64,000 nt of DNA from Pseudothermotoga sp. (GCA_031962025.1 JAVRKW010000001.1); one strand, 5' to 3'; counted from the first letter of the stretch, positions 29,714 through 41,079 are shown. Translations and numbers: made by a program. Notes: generated by a model not told the origin, from the sequence alone.

Positions 29714-30776
29714 AGGGTTTCACGCTCATTCTCAACTTGTTCAAATCATCTTGAGACATGCCAAAAATTGTACTAACTTTGATCTCACCTTTTGTGATCT
29801 TGTCTTCTATTTCCTTGATCTTGTTGCGGAATTGCTCCGGTACCAATTCTCTGTAATATTTGTTATCTGCCACTCCAACGCCACCTTCTGATATTCCAAG
29901 TGCCTCTGCTTTACCGTAAGTGAGTTTACCTTCCATGTGCAATTTGATGCCTCTGAGTATGGAAATATCGACATTTTTCATCATAGATGTTACTATCCTT
30001 TTAGCTATTTCTATGTCTGTACTTTCGTAGATCAGTGCCTGGTCAGAATCGACACCTATTGCCCAGCGGTCAGCTTCTTTTGCGGCTTCCAGCAACCCTA
30101 TTCCCGTGTTTCCGGCAACGTTGAAGATGATATCTGCTCCCTGACGGTACATGGCAAGGCTCAATTCTTTACCTTTTGCGGGATCGTTGAAACTTCCAAC
30201 ATAGGATATGAGAACTTTTATGTTGGGATTTATATACTTTGCACCTTCGATGTAACCAACCAAAAAGTCATTTATAACTGGAATATCCATACCACCGAGA
30301 AAACCGATGACTGGTTCTGGATTGGTTTTTGGCATTCCAGAAGTTGTGATCAAAGCCGCAAGAGCTCCTACAAGGAAAGAACCTTCATTTTGTTTGTAGA
30401 GTATGGAGTAAACATTGTTTAATCCGGGTTTGGAGTAATCGACCGATGTGTCGAAAATGAAGTATTTTTTGTCTGGGTTCAGTGGGGCTACTTCTTCGAG
30501 AATTTCCTGCATTTGCCAGGTTCCAACGATGATTATGTCGTAATCTTGATCAGAAAGGTCTTCCAGGTACGGTCTCCAGTTTTCCTGTTTGTAAGAAGCT
30601 TCGATGATCTTTCCCTGAATTCCGAGTTGTTTGATAGCCATTTCCAAGCCTCTTCCGGCAGAATCAAAAAAGGACTTGTCTCCAAGATTTCCATTCAAAA
30701 GCAGTGCTACCTTCAGAGGTTTCGCAAAACTCATCAGCATTAATCCAGCAAGCAGCAGAACCAGTAATTTTCTCAC
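29712..30776 (-). CDS. BMP family nucleoside-binding protein
   Basis: LGDKSFFDSA, GFLGGMDIPVI, WAIGVDSDQ, SMMKNVD. Confidence 0.93.
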   Translation of the reverse strand: MRKLLVLLLAGLMLMSFAKPLKVALLLNGNLGDKSFFDSAGRGLEMAIKQLGIQGKIIEASYKQENWRPYLEDLSDQDYDIIIVGTWQMQEILEEVAPLNPDKKYFIFDTSVDYSKPGLNNVYSILYKQNEGSFLVGALAALITTSGMPKTNPEPVIGFLGGMDIPVINDFLVGYIEGAKYINPNIKVLISYVGSFNDPAKGKELSLAMYRQGADIIFNVAGNTGIGLLEAAKEADRWAIGVDSDQALIYESTDIEIAKRIVTSMMKNVDISILRGIKLHMEGKLTYGKAEALGISEGGVGVADNKYYRELVPEQFRNKIKEIEDKITKGEIKVSTIFGMSQDDLNKLRMSVKP

Positions 30777-31522
30777 CTACCAGCACCTCCCTCAATCAGG
30801 ATTTCTATAGCCCTGACGGCTATCTTGATTGAATTTTCCAGACCCATTTCGAATTTTTCACCAGCCTGTATGTATCCTTCATCGATTATTTCTTCTCTGA
30901 CAGTTAAGACTGCGCCTGTTTTTAAGTGTTTTATGCCACCAACTACGTAGAGTGCTCCTATCTCCATTTCTACGGCAAGAACTCCTGCCTTTATCAACTG
31001 CTTTTCAAGATAATCATGCTTTTGTGGGTCAAAATTCCTTCCATAGTACGAATCGGTTGAGAGAACTGTACCGACATGAAAAGGATTTTTGACATCTTTT
31101 GCCGCTTTTACAAGTGCATCGACAACTTGAAAATCCGCAACGGCAGGATATTCAGGAATTATGTATTGAGATGTTGTGCCATCTAATCTGACAGCCGCAT
31201 TCACGATTATGCTGTCTCCGAGTTTCAAATTCTTCTGAAGGGCTCCTGTCGTACCAACCCGTATCACGAATCTTGCATTCGTCGTTGAGAGTTCTTCGAT
31301 ACCTATTGCCATGGCAGGTGCACCCATGCCGGTTGACATGACGCTCACCTTTTCGCCTTTCAAATAACCGGTATAGGTCAGGTACTCTCGATTATCTGCC
31401 ACTTTCACCGCGTTTTCAAAGTACTTTGCTACACGCTCTACTCTACCCCTGTCACCAACAACGATGACATACTTTCCAACATCTTCGGGTTTCACCCTTA
31501 TGTGATATCTGGGATCAACCAT
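30773..31522 (-). CDS. udp: Uridine/nucleoside phosphorylase (PNP_UDP_1)
   Basis: GDRGRV, NREY, STGMGAP, IRVGTTG, VEME. Confidence 0.85.
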   Translation of the reverse strand: MVDPRYHIRVKPEDVGKYVIVVGDRGRVERVAKYFENAVKVADNREYLTYTGYLKGEKVSVMSTGMGAPAMAIGIEELSTTNARFVIRVGTTGALQKNLKLGDSIIVNAAVRLDGTTSQYIIPEYPAVADFQVVDALVKAAKDVKNPFHVGTVLSTDSYYGRNFDPQKHDYLEKQLIKAGVLAVEMEIGALYVVGGIKHLKTGAVLTVREEIIDEGYIQAGEKFEMGLENSIKIAVRAIEILIEGGAGR

Positions 31523-31525
31523 AGA

Positions 31526-32449
31526 TCAAACCTCCTTCAACAGACTGAGTTTTTCAAAGAAGATGTCAAAGAACTTTGAACTGTCTGCGTTCAACATGAT
31601 TCTGGCATTCGGATTCTTTCCAGTTGTTCGCCATATGTCTACGACTGTCTGTCCGTAGGTCAGCTCTCCCTTTGTTTCAATATCAACATGATAATCTCTG
31701 ACCTGGAAAATCTCCGGATGCAGAAGATACATAACAGTACATGGATCGTGCAGTGGCACTCCTTCTATACCAAAAACCTTTTTGTACGTGGATTTGAAAA
31801 ATACAAGAAGATCTGCCAGAAGGTCGAATTTTGGACCTAACTGTCTCATTCTGTTTACTTCTTTTTCTGTGACTATTACCTTGTGAGTGACATCCAGCGG
31901 TGCCATGACTATTGGAACATCTGAATTGAATACTATCTTTGCAGCTTCTGGATCGGCAAATATATTGAACTCTGCAACGGGCGTAACATTGCCGAATGCA
32001 ATTGAACCACCCATCAAAACAATCGAATTTATTCGTTTAATCAAATGCGGATAACGGATCATGAAAAGTGCGATATTGGTCAAAGGTCCCGTCGGAACCA
32101 AGATGATGTCTGAATATTTTTCCAGCATTTGGGCTATGAAATCAACGGCGTGAATTTTTTCAATAGGACGTTTTGCCGCAGGAAGCTGTGCACCTTCAAG
32201 CCCCGATTTGCCATGTATGTCCGGTGCCACAACGATATCTCTGAAAAGCGGTCTGCCACATCCGGCAAAGACAGGAACATCTATATCAAAAAGATCTAAA
32301 ATTGTTCGTGCATTTTTTGATGTGTTTTCCAGATAGGAATTTCCCACAACAGTCGTTACACCGAGTAGCTCAATCTCTTTGCAAGCCGCAGCCAGTAAAA
32401 TGGCAAAAGCATCGTCATGGCCAGGATCACAATCAAGGATAACACGCAT
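31526..32449 (-). CDS. Inosine/uridine-preferring nucleoside hydrolase
   Basis: DCDPGHDD, TGPLTN, AEFNIFADPEAA, LHDP. Confidence 0.94.
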   Translation of the reverse strand: MRVILDCDPGHDDAFAILLAAACKEIELLGVTTVVGNSYLENTSKNARTILDLFDIDVPVFAGCGRPLFRDIVVAPDIHGKSGLEGAQLPAAKRPIEKIHAVDFIAQMLEKYSDIILVPTGPLTNIALFMIRYPHLIKRINSIVLMGGSIAFGNVTPVAEFNIFADPEAAKIVFNSDVPIVMAPLDVTHKVIVTEKEVNRMRQLGPKFDLLADLLVFFKSTYKKVFGIEGVPLHDPCTVMYLLHPEIFQVRDYHVDIETKGELTYGQTVVDIWRTTGKNPNARIMLNADSSKFFDIFFEKLSLLKEV

Positions 32450-32547
32450 AGTAACACCTCACTCTTTTTTGCAGCGTTTTCTTTGAAATTCTACCATAGT
32501 GGTTGTCCAAATTGTGTTTCAAATTGGAACAATCCAACCTGATTTAG

Positions 32548-35076
32548 TTACTTGAAGACAATCTTTATTTTGTAATTATCGATCAACGGTCTTGCTGAAT
32601 CGATATAGACTTTCCTACCAGTGAGTCTAACCTCAGTGGTTTCTTTGTTTGAAGCAGGTTCAAAATCCATTTGATCAAAACAACCTTTTACCTCATAAAC
32701 GGCTGAGTCTACTTTTGACAGGTCATGATATGCCTCGATCGATCCATCCGGTTTCAAAATACAAACATATTCTCCATCAGACAAATTACCCTTTATTCGT
32801 GTTATCGTCTTGCCATCGCTGACAAAATTGGAATCAGCCAGTACCGCTACCGGTAATATTCTTGCACTTGTGAAAACTTCGCTCACAGGAGCAAATGTAC
32901 TGCTCAAAGAAACCTGCAAAGGCGTCAGGGGAAAACCATAGGCTTGCTCTTCAAGTGCCGCGATGTCTTTTTGGTTTAATTTTATAGGTTTTTCCTCACG
33001 GTGTGTTCCAAAGATCGATGATATTTCAATTAAGGTTGGATCGTATCCTTTCTGGTACGCATTGAAGGCTTTTATCGATTCTTCACGACTGGAATATATA
33101 CAATCAAAAGCCCCCGCGAATACCAGTTTCTGTAGAGTCAAAGTAGGTACAGGAACCTTTCTTGCAAAATCATCGATACTTGAAAAGGGACCTTTAAGAG
33201 TACACGCATCGGCGATAGAGTTGCTCACACCTGTTATTACTTGAATCGGTAGCTGAAATTCATTTTCCTGTAATTCAATCGGGTTGACCGAAGGACATCT
33301 TATTCGAAAGCCAAGTGAACGAAGTTCCTGGACTGAGAGAAAGATTTTGTCTTTGTCGTTGAAGTGTTCTTTGAGATAATGTGTGAAAAATTCTTTTGGA
33401 AAATGGTGTTTTATATAAGCAAGTTCATAACTTATATGCGCGTAGGCAATGCTGTGAGATCTGTTAAAACCATAAGATGAGAACCTGAGTATAGTTTCTA
33501 TAAGTTGTTCTATCACAGATTTATCGTATCCTCTGCTCATTGCTTTGTACCTGAACTGTTCTGCAGCATCTTTCATGGCGATCGCATCTTTCTGCGAGAT
33601 AGCACTTCTGAAAAGATCTGATTCATCAGGTGTCATTCCAGCCAGCTCCACGGCGATTTTCATCAACTGTTCCTGGTATATCATCACACCAAAGGTTTCT
33701 TTAAAAAACTGACTGGATTCACCACAGCCACGTTTTCTCTCAGAATAAAGTTCATTCAGTTTGGCGAGTAATGGTCCAGGTCTGTTCATCGCAAGCAGAT
33801 CTGAAAGCTCTTCGATGTTCTGTGGTCTGATCTGCCTACATAGGCTTCGCACCGATAAACGTTCCAACTGAAAAATGCCATGTGTCCTGCCAGTCGAGAT
33901 GTCTCTATAAGCCGAAGAATCATCGATCGGAATCTGTTTGAGACCGATGGACTTTTTCAGTTTACATAAAAGTGATAGAGTCGCCAGACCCAAAACATCT
34001 ATTTTCGTGACACCAATCCTATCAAGAGAATCCATATCGTACTCGAGTAAAGCGGGTTTTGTGCCTGGCACGACAGGTAAACACATACTGGAATCTGCTA
34101 TGACAATACCGGCTGCGTGCGTGCTCCTGTGAAAGGGTAATTTGCTGATTAGATCGATTATCTTTGGTGATATCTTTATCCCCAGCCTTTTCGATTCATT
34201 TTGCAGAGATTTTAAAGATAGCGTTGAAAATGTAGAAATTTGAGCTACAAAGGCAAATTCCTGGGCAAGTTTTTCGATTAAAAGAGCACGTTTTTCATCC
34301 TCGACATCTATGTCTATATCTGGCATCTTTTGACGGTATTCATTCAAGAATCTTTCAAACAACAGATTGTATCTCAGTGGATCGATCTTCGTGATTCCCA
34401 GTATATAGGAAACGACAGATCCCACTGCACTGCCACGACCAGGACCAACACAGATATCCAAGGATTTTGCAATGTCGACGATTTTTTTCACCGTGTAAAA
34501 ATATGGCTCAAAATTCAGTTTTTCGATTACCTGTAGTTCTTTTTCAAACCTCTCTTTGTATCTGGGTTCTATTTTGTCCAGAAAACTTCTTAACCAGAAT
34601 TTCTGTGGTTGGGGGAATTTCATGTTTACATGTAAATCGTACATCTCACAGCCAAGTGATGTGGCTACATCTTCAAACTTTCCTTCAAAGGATGCCTGCG
34701 GATTGCTTTTAACTGAAAGCAGTTGACACATTATTTCATGGGCATCGCATTGAGAGTTTTCAAGGTAGTAAATCAACTTCACGGAATTAACAGGCAACCA
34801 GTCGGTTTTTGGTTCTCTTCCTTGGTTGTATGCATTTACGAGTTCATCAAATTCCATGCGATTTTTCGCATAGAAGATCTTTTCCCCTATTCTCAATCCA
34901 TGAACAGGTATCAACCCTTTCTCTCTGCAAATACTGTTGAAAATCACAGCACTGTGAAAATTTTTGTCTGCAATTAGCAGAGATTTCAAGCCAGATTCAC
35001 AAGCTTTCTGGATAACCTGTTCAATTCTCAAAATCGAACCATCAAAAGAATATGGAGTGACAATGGCTGGTATCAT
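32548..35076 (-). CDS. dnaE: DNA polymerase III alpha subunit (short DnaE)
   Basis: GPGRGSAVGS, LLFERFLN, PDIDID, STHAAG, KIDVLGL, YGFNRSH. Confidence 0.92.
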   Translation of the reverse strand: MIPAIVTPYSFDGSILRIEQVIQKACESGLKSLLIADKNFHSAVIFNSICREKGLIPVHGLRIGEKIFYAKNRMEFDELVNAYNQGREPKTDWLPVNSVKLIYYLENSQCDAHEIMCQLLSVKSNPQASFEGKFEDVATSLGCEMYDLHVNMKFPQPQKFWLRSFLDKIEPRYKERFEKELQVIEKLNFEPYFYTVKKIVDIAKSLDICVGPGRGSAVGSVVSYILGITKIDPLRYNLLFERFLNEYRQKMPDIDIDVEDEKRALLIEKLAQEFAFVAQISTFSTLSLKSLQNESKRLGIKISPKIIDLISKLPFHRSTHAAGIVIADSSMCLPVVPGTKPALLEYDMDSLDRIGVTKIDVLGLATLSLLCKLKKSIGLKQIPIDDSSAYRDISTGRTHGIFQLERLSVRSLCRQIRPQNIEELSDLLAMNRPGPLLAKLNELYSERKRGCGESSQFFKETFGVMIYQEQLMKIAVELAGMTPDESDLFRSAISQKDAIAMKDAAEQFRYKAMSRGYDKSVIEQLIETILRFSSYGFNRSHSIAYAHISYELAYIKHHFPKEFFTHYLKEHFNDKDKIFLSVQELRSLGFRIRCPSVNPIELQENEFQLPIQVITGVSNSIADACTLKGPFSSIDDFARKVPVPTLTLQKLVFAGAFDCIYSSREESIKAFNAYQKGYDPTLIEISSIFGTHREEKPIKLNQKDIAALEEQAYGFPLTPLQVSLSSTFAPVSEVFTSARILPVAVLADSNFVSDGKTITRIKGNLSDGEYVCILKPDGSIEAYHDLSKVDSAVYEVKGCFDQMDFEPASNKETTEVRLTGRKVYIDSARPLIDNYKIKIVFK

Positions 35077-35990
35077 GTTATCTTTGCGGCTTGAAAATTC
35101 AACTCAACGATGAGTTTTTTGAAATCATCGGGTACAGGAGCATTGAAACTGAGCCATTCATCAGTCCTTGGATGGTAAAAACCAAGTTTTGCAGCATGTA
35201 ACATCTGACGGGGCGCATCACAGCTACTGCCGTAGAGTTTATCTCCTAAAATCGGATGACCTATGTATTTCATGTGCACTCTTATCTGGTGAGTACGTCC
35301 TGTTTTGGGATAAACTGCCACCAAGGATGCTCTGTCATCGAAGTATTTCAAAACTCTGTAGAATGTTATTGCAGTTCTGCCAGATACATTCACAGCCATC
35401 TTTGTTCTCAGAACCGGGTGGCGTGCTAAGGATACTTTGATCTCTCCCTGTGGTTCATCTATCTTACCTCTAACCAGAGCGAGGTACATCTTGGAAACTT
35501 TCCGATCTTTGAATTGCTGTGAAAGACTTCTATGGGACAGATCGTTTTTCGCAACAACCATGACTCCGGAGGTATCTTTATCCAGCCTGTGAACAATACC
35601 AGGCCTCAATTCCCCGCCAATCCCCTGTAGGTCTTTACAATGATATAGCAATGCGTTTACAAGTGTCCCGCTTGTATGCGAAGGGATAGGGTGAACTATC
35701 ATGCCTGCTGGTTTGTTTATCACTATCAAATCAGAATCCTCGTAAAGTATCTGAAGCTGTATTGGTTCTGGCTCAATTGAGGGAACCACGGCTGGTTCGG
35801 GATCTGGTATGAATATCACATCTTTTATCTTCACTCTGTAACTTGGTTTTTGTGGCTTACCGTTGACTTTTACCTTTCCTTCTTTTATGGCTTTTTGCAC
35901 AAAATTCCTTGAGATTTTTGCGGGGATCTTCTGCAGCAGGAAAAGATCGAGTCTTTGCTCTTGTTCACCCTTGTTCACCTTTATTTCCAA
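35073..35990 (-). CDS. rluD: RluA/RluD family pseudouridine synthase
   Basis: S4 domain, NKPAGMIVHP, GIVHRLDKDTSG, TGRTHQIRVH. Confidence 0.92.
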   Translation of the reverse strand: MEIKVNKGEQEQRLDLFLLQKIPAKISRNFVQKAIKEGKVKVNGKPQKPSYRVKIKDVIFIPDPEPAVVPSIEPEPIQLQILYEDSDLIVINKPAGMIVHPIPSHTSGTLVNALLYHCKDLQGIGGELRPGIVHRLDKDTSGVMVVAKNDLSHRSLSQQFKDRKVSKMYLALVRGKIDEPQGEIKVSLARHPVLRTKMAVNVSGRTAITFYRVLKYFDDRASLVAVYPKTGRTHQIRVHMKYIGHPILGDKLYGSSCDAPRQMLHAAKLGFYHPRTDEWLSFNAPVPDDFKKLIVELNFQAAKIT

Positions 35991-36408
35991 GACTCTTCTC
36001 CCCCATCAAGAGACTCAAAAATATCAGTATGCCACCGAGTGTGATGAAAAGATCGGCAACGTTGAAAATGGCTGGAAAGTACCTCAGGTTTATGAAATCA
36101 ACAACATAGCCAAACCTGAACCTATCGACGATATTGCCGATTGCTCCACCAACGATCATCTGCAGGCCGATTTTTGTAAGAGCCGAACTTTTTATGAAAT
36201 CAAAAGCCAACGAAAGAAGGAGCGTCACGGCAAGAGTTACCCACAACACCCAAGGCGATCTTGAGAACAGACCGAAAACTATACCGGTGTTTCTGGTGTA
36301 GGTAAACCACAAAACTCCTGGAATGACAAAGAAAGGTTGAAACAAAAACTTTTCTATCAGCATTTTCGAAAACTGATCCATCAAAACGACCAGTGTCACC
36401 CAGAACAC
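35965..36408 (-). CDS. lspA: Lipoprotein signal peptidase II
   Basis: DQFSK, NTGIVFG, GAIGNIVDR, VVDF, FNVAD. Confidence 0.94.
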   Translation of the reverse strand: MFWVTLVVLMDQFSKMLIEKFLFQPFFVIPGVLWFTYTRNTGIVFGLFSRSPWVLWVTLAVTLLLSLAFDFIKSSALTKIGLQMIVGGAIGNIVDRFRFGYVVDFINLRYFPAIFNVADLFITLGGILIFLSLLMGEKSLGNKGEQG

Positions 36409-36409
36409 C

Positions 36410-37225
36410 TTACTTCACCCTCTGATAGAAGAACGGACTGACTATCTTCAGACCTATTTCTGCATAGTCGAAAATTCTCTCCGTGCTCCCGACAAATAAG
36501 ATGCCGCCAAGTCTCAGAGCCTTCACGAAATTCCTGTAAAGCTGGTCTTTTGCAGAGGCTTCAAAGTATATCACCACATTCCTGCAGATTATCAGATCAA
36601 TTGAACTGGGGAAAGGATCCTGAAGCATGTTGTGCTTTTTGAACTCAACTCTTTTCTTTACAAAATCTTTTATCCTGTAAGTACCGTCGAGTAATTCAAA
36701 ATATCTGTCAAGATAGGATTTTGGAGTACTTACCATAGATCTTGCTTCATACAAACCTTCTTTTGCTTCTTCAAGTGCTCTTTCGTCCAGATCTGTTGCG
36801 AGTATCGATGCGCCCAATGGGGCTTTCAGTTCCTCAAGTAAAATAGCCAGAGAATATGGTTCTTCACCGCTTGCACAGCCTGCACTCCACGCTCTGAACC
36901 TTCCTTTACTCACAGAAAGAAGCTCAGGCAAATATCTGTCGCGTAGTTCCCACCACTTTTCCGGGTTTCTGAAAAATTCTGTCACATTTATCGTGAGTTT
37001 GTCGAGAAATTCTTCCTTGGCAGCCGGGTTTGAAAGCAAAAATTTCAAATATTCCTGAAAAGAAGACAGCCTGTATTTTTTTATGAGTATTTCTATTCTG
37101 CGCTTCACTCTGTGGGGTTTGTAGCCCGATAAGTCCAATCCGAAATATCTGTGAACTTCTTTGATAAACCACTGAAAATCCTCCATCGGGAGTTCACCAG
37201 AAAATTGGGAAAGATAGTCCTGCAT
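36410..37225 (-). CDS. cheR: Chemotaxis methyltransferase CheR
   Basis: [32 protein letters not shown]. Confidence 0.95.
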   Translation of the reverse strand: MQDYLSQFSGELPMEDFQWFIKEVHRYFGLDLSGYKPHRVKRRIEILIKKYRLSSFQEYLKFLLSNPAAKEEFLDKLTINVTEFFRNPEKWWELRDRYLPELLSVSKGRFRAWSAGCASGEEPYSLAILLEELKAPLGASILATDLDERALEEAKEGLYEARSMVSTPKSYLDRYFELLDGTYRIKDFVKKRVEFKKHNMLQDPFPSSIDLIICRNVVIYFEASAKDQLYRNFVKALRLGGILFVGSTERIFDYAEIGLKIVSPFFYQRVK

Positions 37226-37961
37226 ACCACCGCTCCTTTTGAAAATGGAATATCAGATAAATCTGATCCATCTTTTTTCTGACGTCGAAAGATTTGTCTG
37301 TCATCAAAATCCATTCATCTTTGTTGAACCAGCCAAATCCTATGTCTGTTTTACCTGCAAGATACTGTCCGAAGAAAAAAAGTCTGTCTAATCCAAGACC
37401 GATTCTAAAGCCCATGTTTGGTATGAAAAAGGCAGAAAATTTATCCAGTGTTAATCCCAATCCATAACCGTAATTGGATGTAAAAGGTTCTATCTGTAAA
37501 CCAGAGAATTTCACAGCAATTCCAAGGTGATAGCCACCAGTACTGTCAACACAGATAGAAAAATATGGAACCTTGAAGAATAAGGAATATTTATCCTGCA
37601 AAACAAATCCCATAGAGCCATTGAACCACCAGAAGCTGAGCGTGTGATTTTGATAATCAAGGTTACTGTAACTCAACCAGCCACTGTATGGTACGACATA
37701 TCTGGCTCCTGCATCGCCAAGGTTCAACGAAAAATATTTCAGATTATCAAATGGTTCATAAATTGGCAAAACTTTCAAATTTGATTCGTCTTCAAGAACT
37801 GCCAAACTGAATCCGAGATCTGCCTGTACACGCCAAAATTCAACGTGCGGAGAAACTGTCACGCCAAACCAATAATAGCTGCCAAGGGCAGTGTCAAAGT
37901 TTACCACGGCAGCTAAAAAATAGACCGGTACTGTCAAATAGAAAAGCAGAAAACCTTTCAT
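37194..37961 (-). CDS. Hypothetical beta-strand-rich exported protein (possible outer-membrane protein)
   Basis: Hydrophobic N-terminus, many short aromatic/Gly strands, C-terminal [11 protein letters not shown]. Confidence 0.55.
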   Translation of the reverse strand: MKGFLLFYLTVPVYFLAAVVNFDTALGSYYWFGVTVSPHVEFWRVQADLGFSLAVLEDESNLKVLPIYEPFDNLKYFSLNLGDAGARYVVPYSGWLSYSNLDYQNHTLSFWWFNGSMGFVLQDKYSLFFKVPYFSICVDSTGGYHLGIAVKFSGLQIEPFTSNYGYGLGLTLDKFSAFFIPNMGFRIGLGLDRLFFFGQYLAGKTDIGFGWFNKDEWILMTDKSFDVRKKMDQIYLIFHFQKERWYAGLSFPIFW

Positions 37962-38719
37962 TGATTCATTTGTGAAAGTATTGCCTCCATTTCTGCATCG
38001 TCCATTTCAAAGTTTGAATACACATCTTGCACATCGTCCATATCTTCAAGTGCATTCAACAGTGCAAGTACTCTTTCTGCATCCTTTCCAGTAACCTGAA
38101 CGGTATTTTTTGGGATGTAAGATATGCTGGCGTCAACTCTGTAGCCGTTTTTTTCAAGTGCTTCTTTGACCGCCATCATATTCTCGGACGATGTGACTAT
38201 CCTTATCGGATCTTCCTGGTCGCTGATATCCTCTGCACCGGCATCAATTGCCAGCATAACTACCTCTTCGACGTTAGCGACCTGATCGCGCGGCACATTG
38301 ATGATTCCCTTTCTCTCGAAGATCCAGCTTACCGCACCAAGATCGGCAAGGCTTCCACCGTGTCGGCTCAGAATGTGCCTCAATTCCTGCGCAGTTCTGT
38401 TTTTGTTATCGGTCAGGGCGCGTATATACAGTGCCACACCTGCAGGACCGTAAGCCTCGTAGATGATCTCCTGATAATCTACTCCTTCAAGCTCACCTGT
38501 ACCGCGCTTGATAGCCTTTTCGATGTTGTCTTTTGGCATGTTTGCCTCTTTTGCTTTTTCGATTGCCGTCCTCAGCCTTGGATTTGTTTCCGGATCTCCT
38601 CCACCTTCGCGAGCTGCGACGATCAGTTCCCTGATCAGTTTGGTGAACATCTGAGAACGTTTTGCATCTTGAGCCATCTTTCGATGTTTAATATTCGCCC
38701 ATTTGTTGTGACCAGACAT
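37958..38719 (-). CDS. yebC: YebC/PmpR family protein
   Basis: [31 protein letters not shown]. Confidence 0.95.
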   Translation of the reverse strand: MSGHNKWANIKHRKMAQDAKRSQMFTKLIRELIVAAREGGGDPETNPRLRTAIEKAKEANMPKDNIEKAIKRGTGELEGVDYQEIIYEAYGPAGVALYIRALTDNKNRTAQELRHILSRHGGSLADLGAVSWIFERKGIINVPRDQVANVEEVVMLAIDAGAEDISDQEDPIRIVTSSENMMAVKEALEKNGYRVDASISYIPKNTVQVTGKDAERVLALLNALEDMDDVQDVYSNFEMDDAEMEAILSQMNQ

Positions 38720-38730
38720 TTTCTTCCCTC

Positions 38731-40095
38731 CTAAGAAGAATTATCTCCAAGATATTTTATCACCGTTATGGTTGTATCGTCATGCCTCGGGCTTTCACCT
38801 GAGAAATTTTCAAGGTCATTTTTCACGCTCTGGAGAATTTGAGCAACATCACAGTGCCTTGACTCAAAAATTCGTTTGCACAATCTTTCAAACCCATATT
38901 CATTACCATGAATATCACGAGCTTCAACGACGCCATCTGTATAAGCAACCAGGATATCTCCCGGCTTCATTTTCAATTCAGATGTGTTGAAATTCGTGTC
39001 TTTCATTATACCAAGCGGTAAATTTTCTGCCTCAAAAGTGCTGATTTTGTCCTGACTCAGCAATAACACCGGATTGTGTCCGGCGTTTACAAGCTGAAGT
39101 GTGCCATCGCAATGTAAGCAGAGTAAAACCATTGTTACAAACCTGTCTTCTTCGAGATCTTCACACAGTACATTGTTAAGCTGTTCGGCAAGCTTTGATA
39201 CACTGTCAACGCTATTAGAAAGTGTTCTCAGAGCACTTCGCAACGAAGTCATCATCAAAGCCGCTGGAATACCCTTTCCAGATACATCTGCCACGGTAAC
39301 AAAAACCCGTTTTTCTCTGATCAGTATGTCGTAATAATCTCCTCCAACCTGAATGGCTGGTACCGTGTCAGCACTTATATCAACGTAACTGAGATTTGGT
39401 AATTTTCTTGGGAAAAGCCTCATTTGTATTTGCCTGGCTATTTCGAGTTGCTCTTTGAGCCTCTGCCTTTCCACTTCTCGTTTTAACCTCATGTACCTTT
39501 CACATATCGAAGACAACTGCTGAGCCGCAGCCTCAAGGATCTTTCTGTCAGCTGCCGTGAACATGTCAGGAGTTCTTTCGATCAGAGTTATTCTTCCCCA
39601 CAGAGATTTACCGCTTTTTATGGGAACAGACAGCAGGTTCCGAACAAAATAATTGTGAGTTGGTTCTATTAAAACGATACTGTCATCATCCATTCTGATC
39701 AGTTGTTTTGCTTTCTGAAAAGTTTCCTTGTCAAGTTCGAAGATTTTCTCGTGTTTTATCTGTCTATCAGCGACATTCAGTTCAATGAGAATACCTGAAA
39801 ATGGTATAGTCTGTCTAAGTAACTCTACAAGTGGTTCAAGACCTTCAGATGGCTCAACCACATTGGTGAAAACGTTATTTAACTCAAAAAGCGTTGAGAT
39901 CTCCTGATAGGTTTTTGATAACTCTTCGATATGTTCTTCAAGTAATTTTGCATATTCTTTGCGATGTTCATTCAGCTCTGACAGTATTTTATCAATAGCT
40001 GTGATTATATCCTTCAAACTTGCCATGCCTTGATATGGCGGCAGGTTCACAGCTTTTGAGATCTTTTCATAAACTTGCTTGATTTCATGTTCCAC
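38731..40095 (-). CDS. GAF + SpoIIE/RsbU-type PP2C serine phosphatase
   Basis: [39 protein letters not shown]. Confidence 0.92.
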   Translation of the reverse strand: MEHEIKQVYEKISKAVNLPPYQGMASLKDIITAIDKILSELNEHRKEYAKLLEEHIEELSKTYQEISTLFELNNVFTNVVEPSEGLEPLVELLRQTIPFSGILIELNVADRQIKHEKIFELDKETFQKAKQLIRMDDDSIVLIEPTHNYFVRNLLSVPIKSGKSLWGRITLIERTPDMFTAADRKILEAAAQQLSSICERYMRLKREVERQRLKEQLEIARQIQMRLFPRKLPNLSYVDISADTVPAIQVGGDYYDILIREKRVFVTVADVSGKGIPAALMMTSLRSALRTLSNSVDSVSKLAEQLNNVLCEDLEEDRFVTMVLLCLHCDGTLQLVNAGHNPVLLLSQDKISTFEAENLPLGIMKDTNFNTSELKMKPGDILVAYTDGVVEARDIHGNEYGFERLCKRIFESRHCDVAQILQSVKNDLENFSGESPRHDDTTITVIKYLGDNSS

Positions 40096-40459
40096 GTTGT
40101 ATCACCCTGCGAACTTCTTCAAGGAGCTTCAGCGGACTGAAAGGCTTGGTGAGAAAACCGTTCGCACCAAGTTCGAGTGCTGTTTTCGGATCATCTTCAC
40201 CGCCTTTTGCAGTCAGCATTATTACGGGAATATGAGAAAGTTCTGGGTCTTTCCGCATACTTCTGAGAACCTCAAAGCCATCAACGTATGGCATCATTAT
40301 GTCAAGTATGACAAGATCCGGTTTGATCTGACGCAATTTCTCAAGGGCTTCTCTCCCGTCTTTTGCTTCATCAACCTGATAACCTTCTCGAGTGAGGTTA
40401 AAGCTCACAATTTTTCTTAGGACTTCTGAATCGTCAACGACTAATACTCTATAGCCCAC
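40085..40459 (-). CDS. Single-domain response regulator (receiver)
   Basis: VVDD, LDIMMP, LTA, KPF. Confidence 0.93.
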   Translation of the reverse strand: MGYRVLVVDDSEVLRKIVSFNLTREGYQVDEAKDGREALEKLRQIKPDLVILDIMMPYVDGFEVLRSMRKDPELSHIPVIMLTAKGGEDDPKTALELGANGFLTKPFSPLKLLEEVRRVIQRGT

Positions 40460-41079
40460 GCAGATTCCTCCAAAAGCGCCGAGAGTTCTTTCCCATCACA
40501 GATCGCCTCCACACATTGAATTAGTGTGAAGCAATCCTTTTGAATCAGAATTGGTTCGTACAGGTACCGTGAACGAACGAGTTTGTTTCTTTGCTGTATG
40601 TATCTTATCACAACAAATTCACCCTGAAAGTTGAATTCCACGTTTTCAAAAAAATCACTGATCGAACCAGATTTTGATTTCTCAGTTACATGTATTATCT
40701 TATTCGGATCATATCTGGAAAGATCGACACACCTGTGTGGAATGAATATTCTAAATGCATAACCTGTTACAACTTTGTTTGGATTCAAATCAGTCCACCA
40801 GATTCTGTATGGGTACAGTTGATACACGCAGGTTTTTCTGAGTTTTTCTAATGTTTCTTCAGCTTTATACTGCAACTCGATTCTCGCATAAAGTGCGAGA
40901 TTTACAACACCAGTTGGCATTGGGTCTAAGTACGAGATTTTAATTTTTTGATGGAAACCTTTGCTCAGTTCAAAAGGTAACCCGGCGCGACGGATATTTC
41001 TCTCAATCGCATTCGATGTTTCTATTGCCGATAAAAACCTCATAAGACCGTATTTTTTATACTTTACAACCGCGTACAT
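40441..41079 (-). CDS. Radical-SAM-linked protein (TIGR03936/DUF2344-like)
   Basis: KYKKYGLMRFLS, RRAGLPFELSKGFHQKIKISY..PMPTG. Confidence 0.75.
   Translation of the reverse strand: MYAVVKYKKYGLMRFLSAIETSNAIERNIRRAGLPFELSKGFHQKIKISYLDPMPTGVVNLALYARIELQYKAEETLEKLRKTCVYQLYPYRIWWTDLNPNKVVTGYAFRIFIPHRCVDLSRYDPNKIIHVTEKSKSGSISDFFENVEFNFQGEFVVIRYIQQRNKLVRSRYLYEPILIQKDCFTLIQCVEAICDGKELSALLEESAWAIEY

Noticed and set aside
38027..38734. Long antisense ORFs (e.g. 235 aa opposite yebC, 187 aa at 17926, 162 aa at 1692)
   Set aside because: Shadow ORFs opposite well-supported genes, with no motifs or RBS
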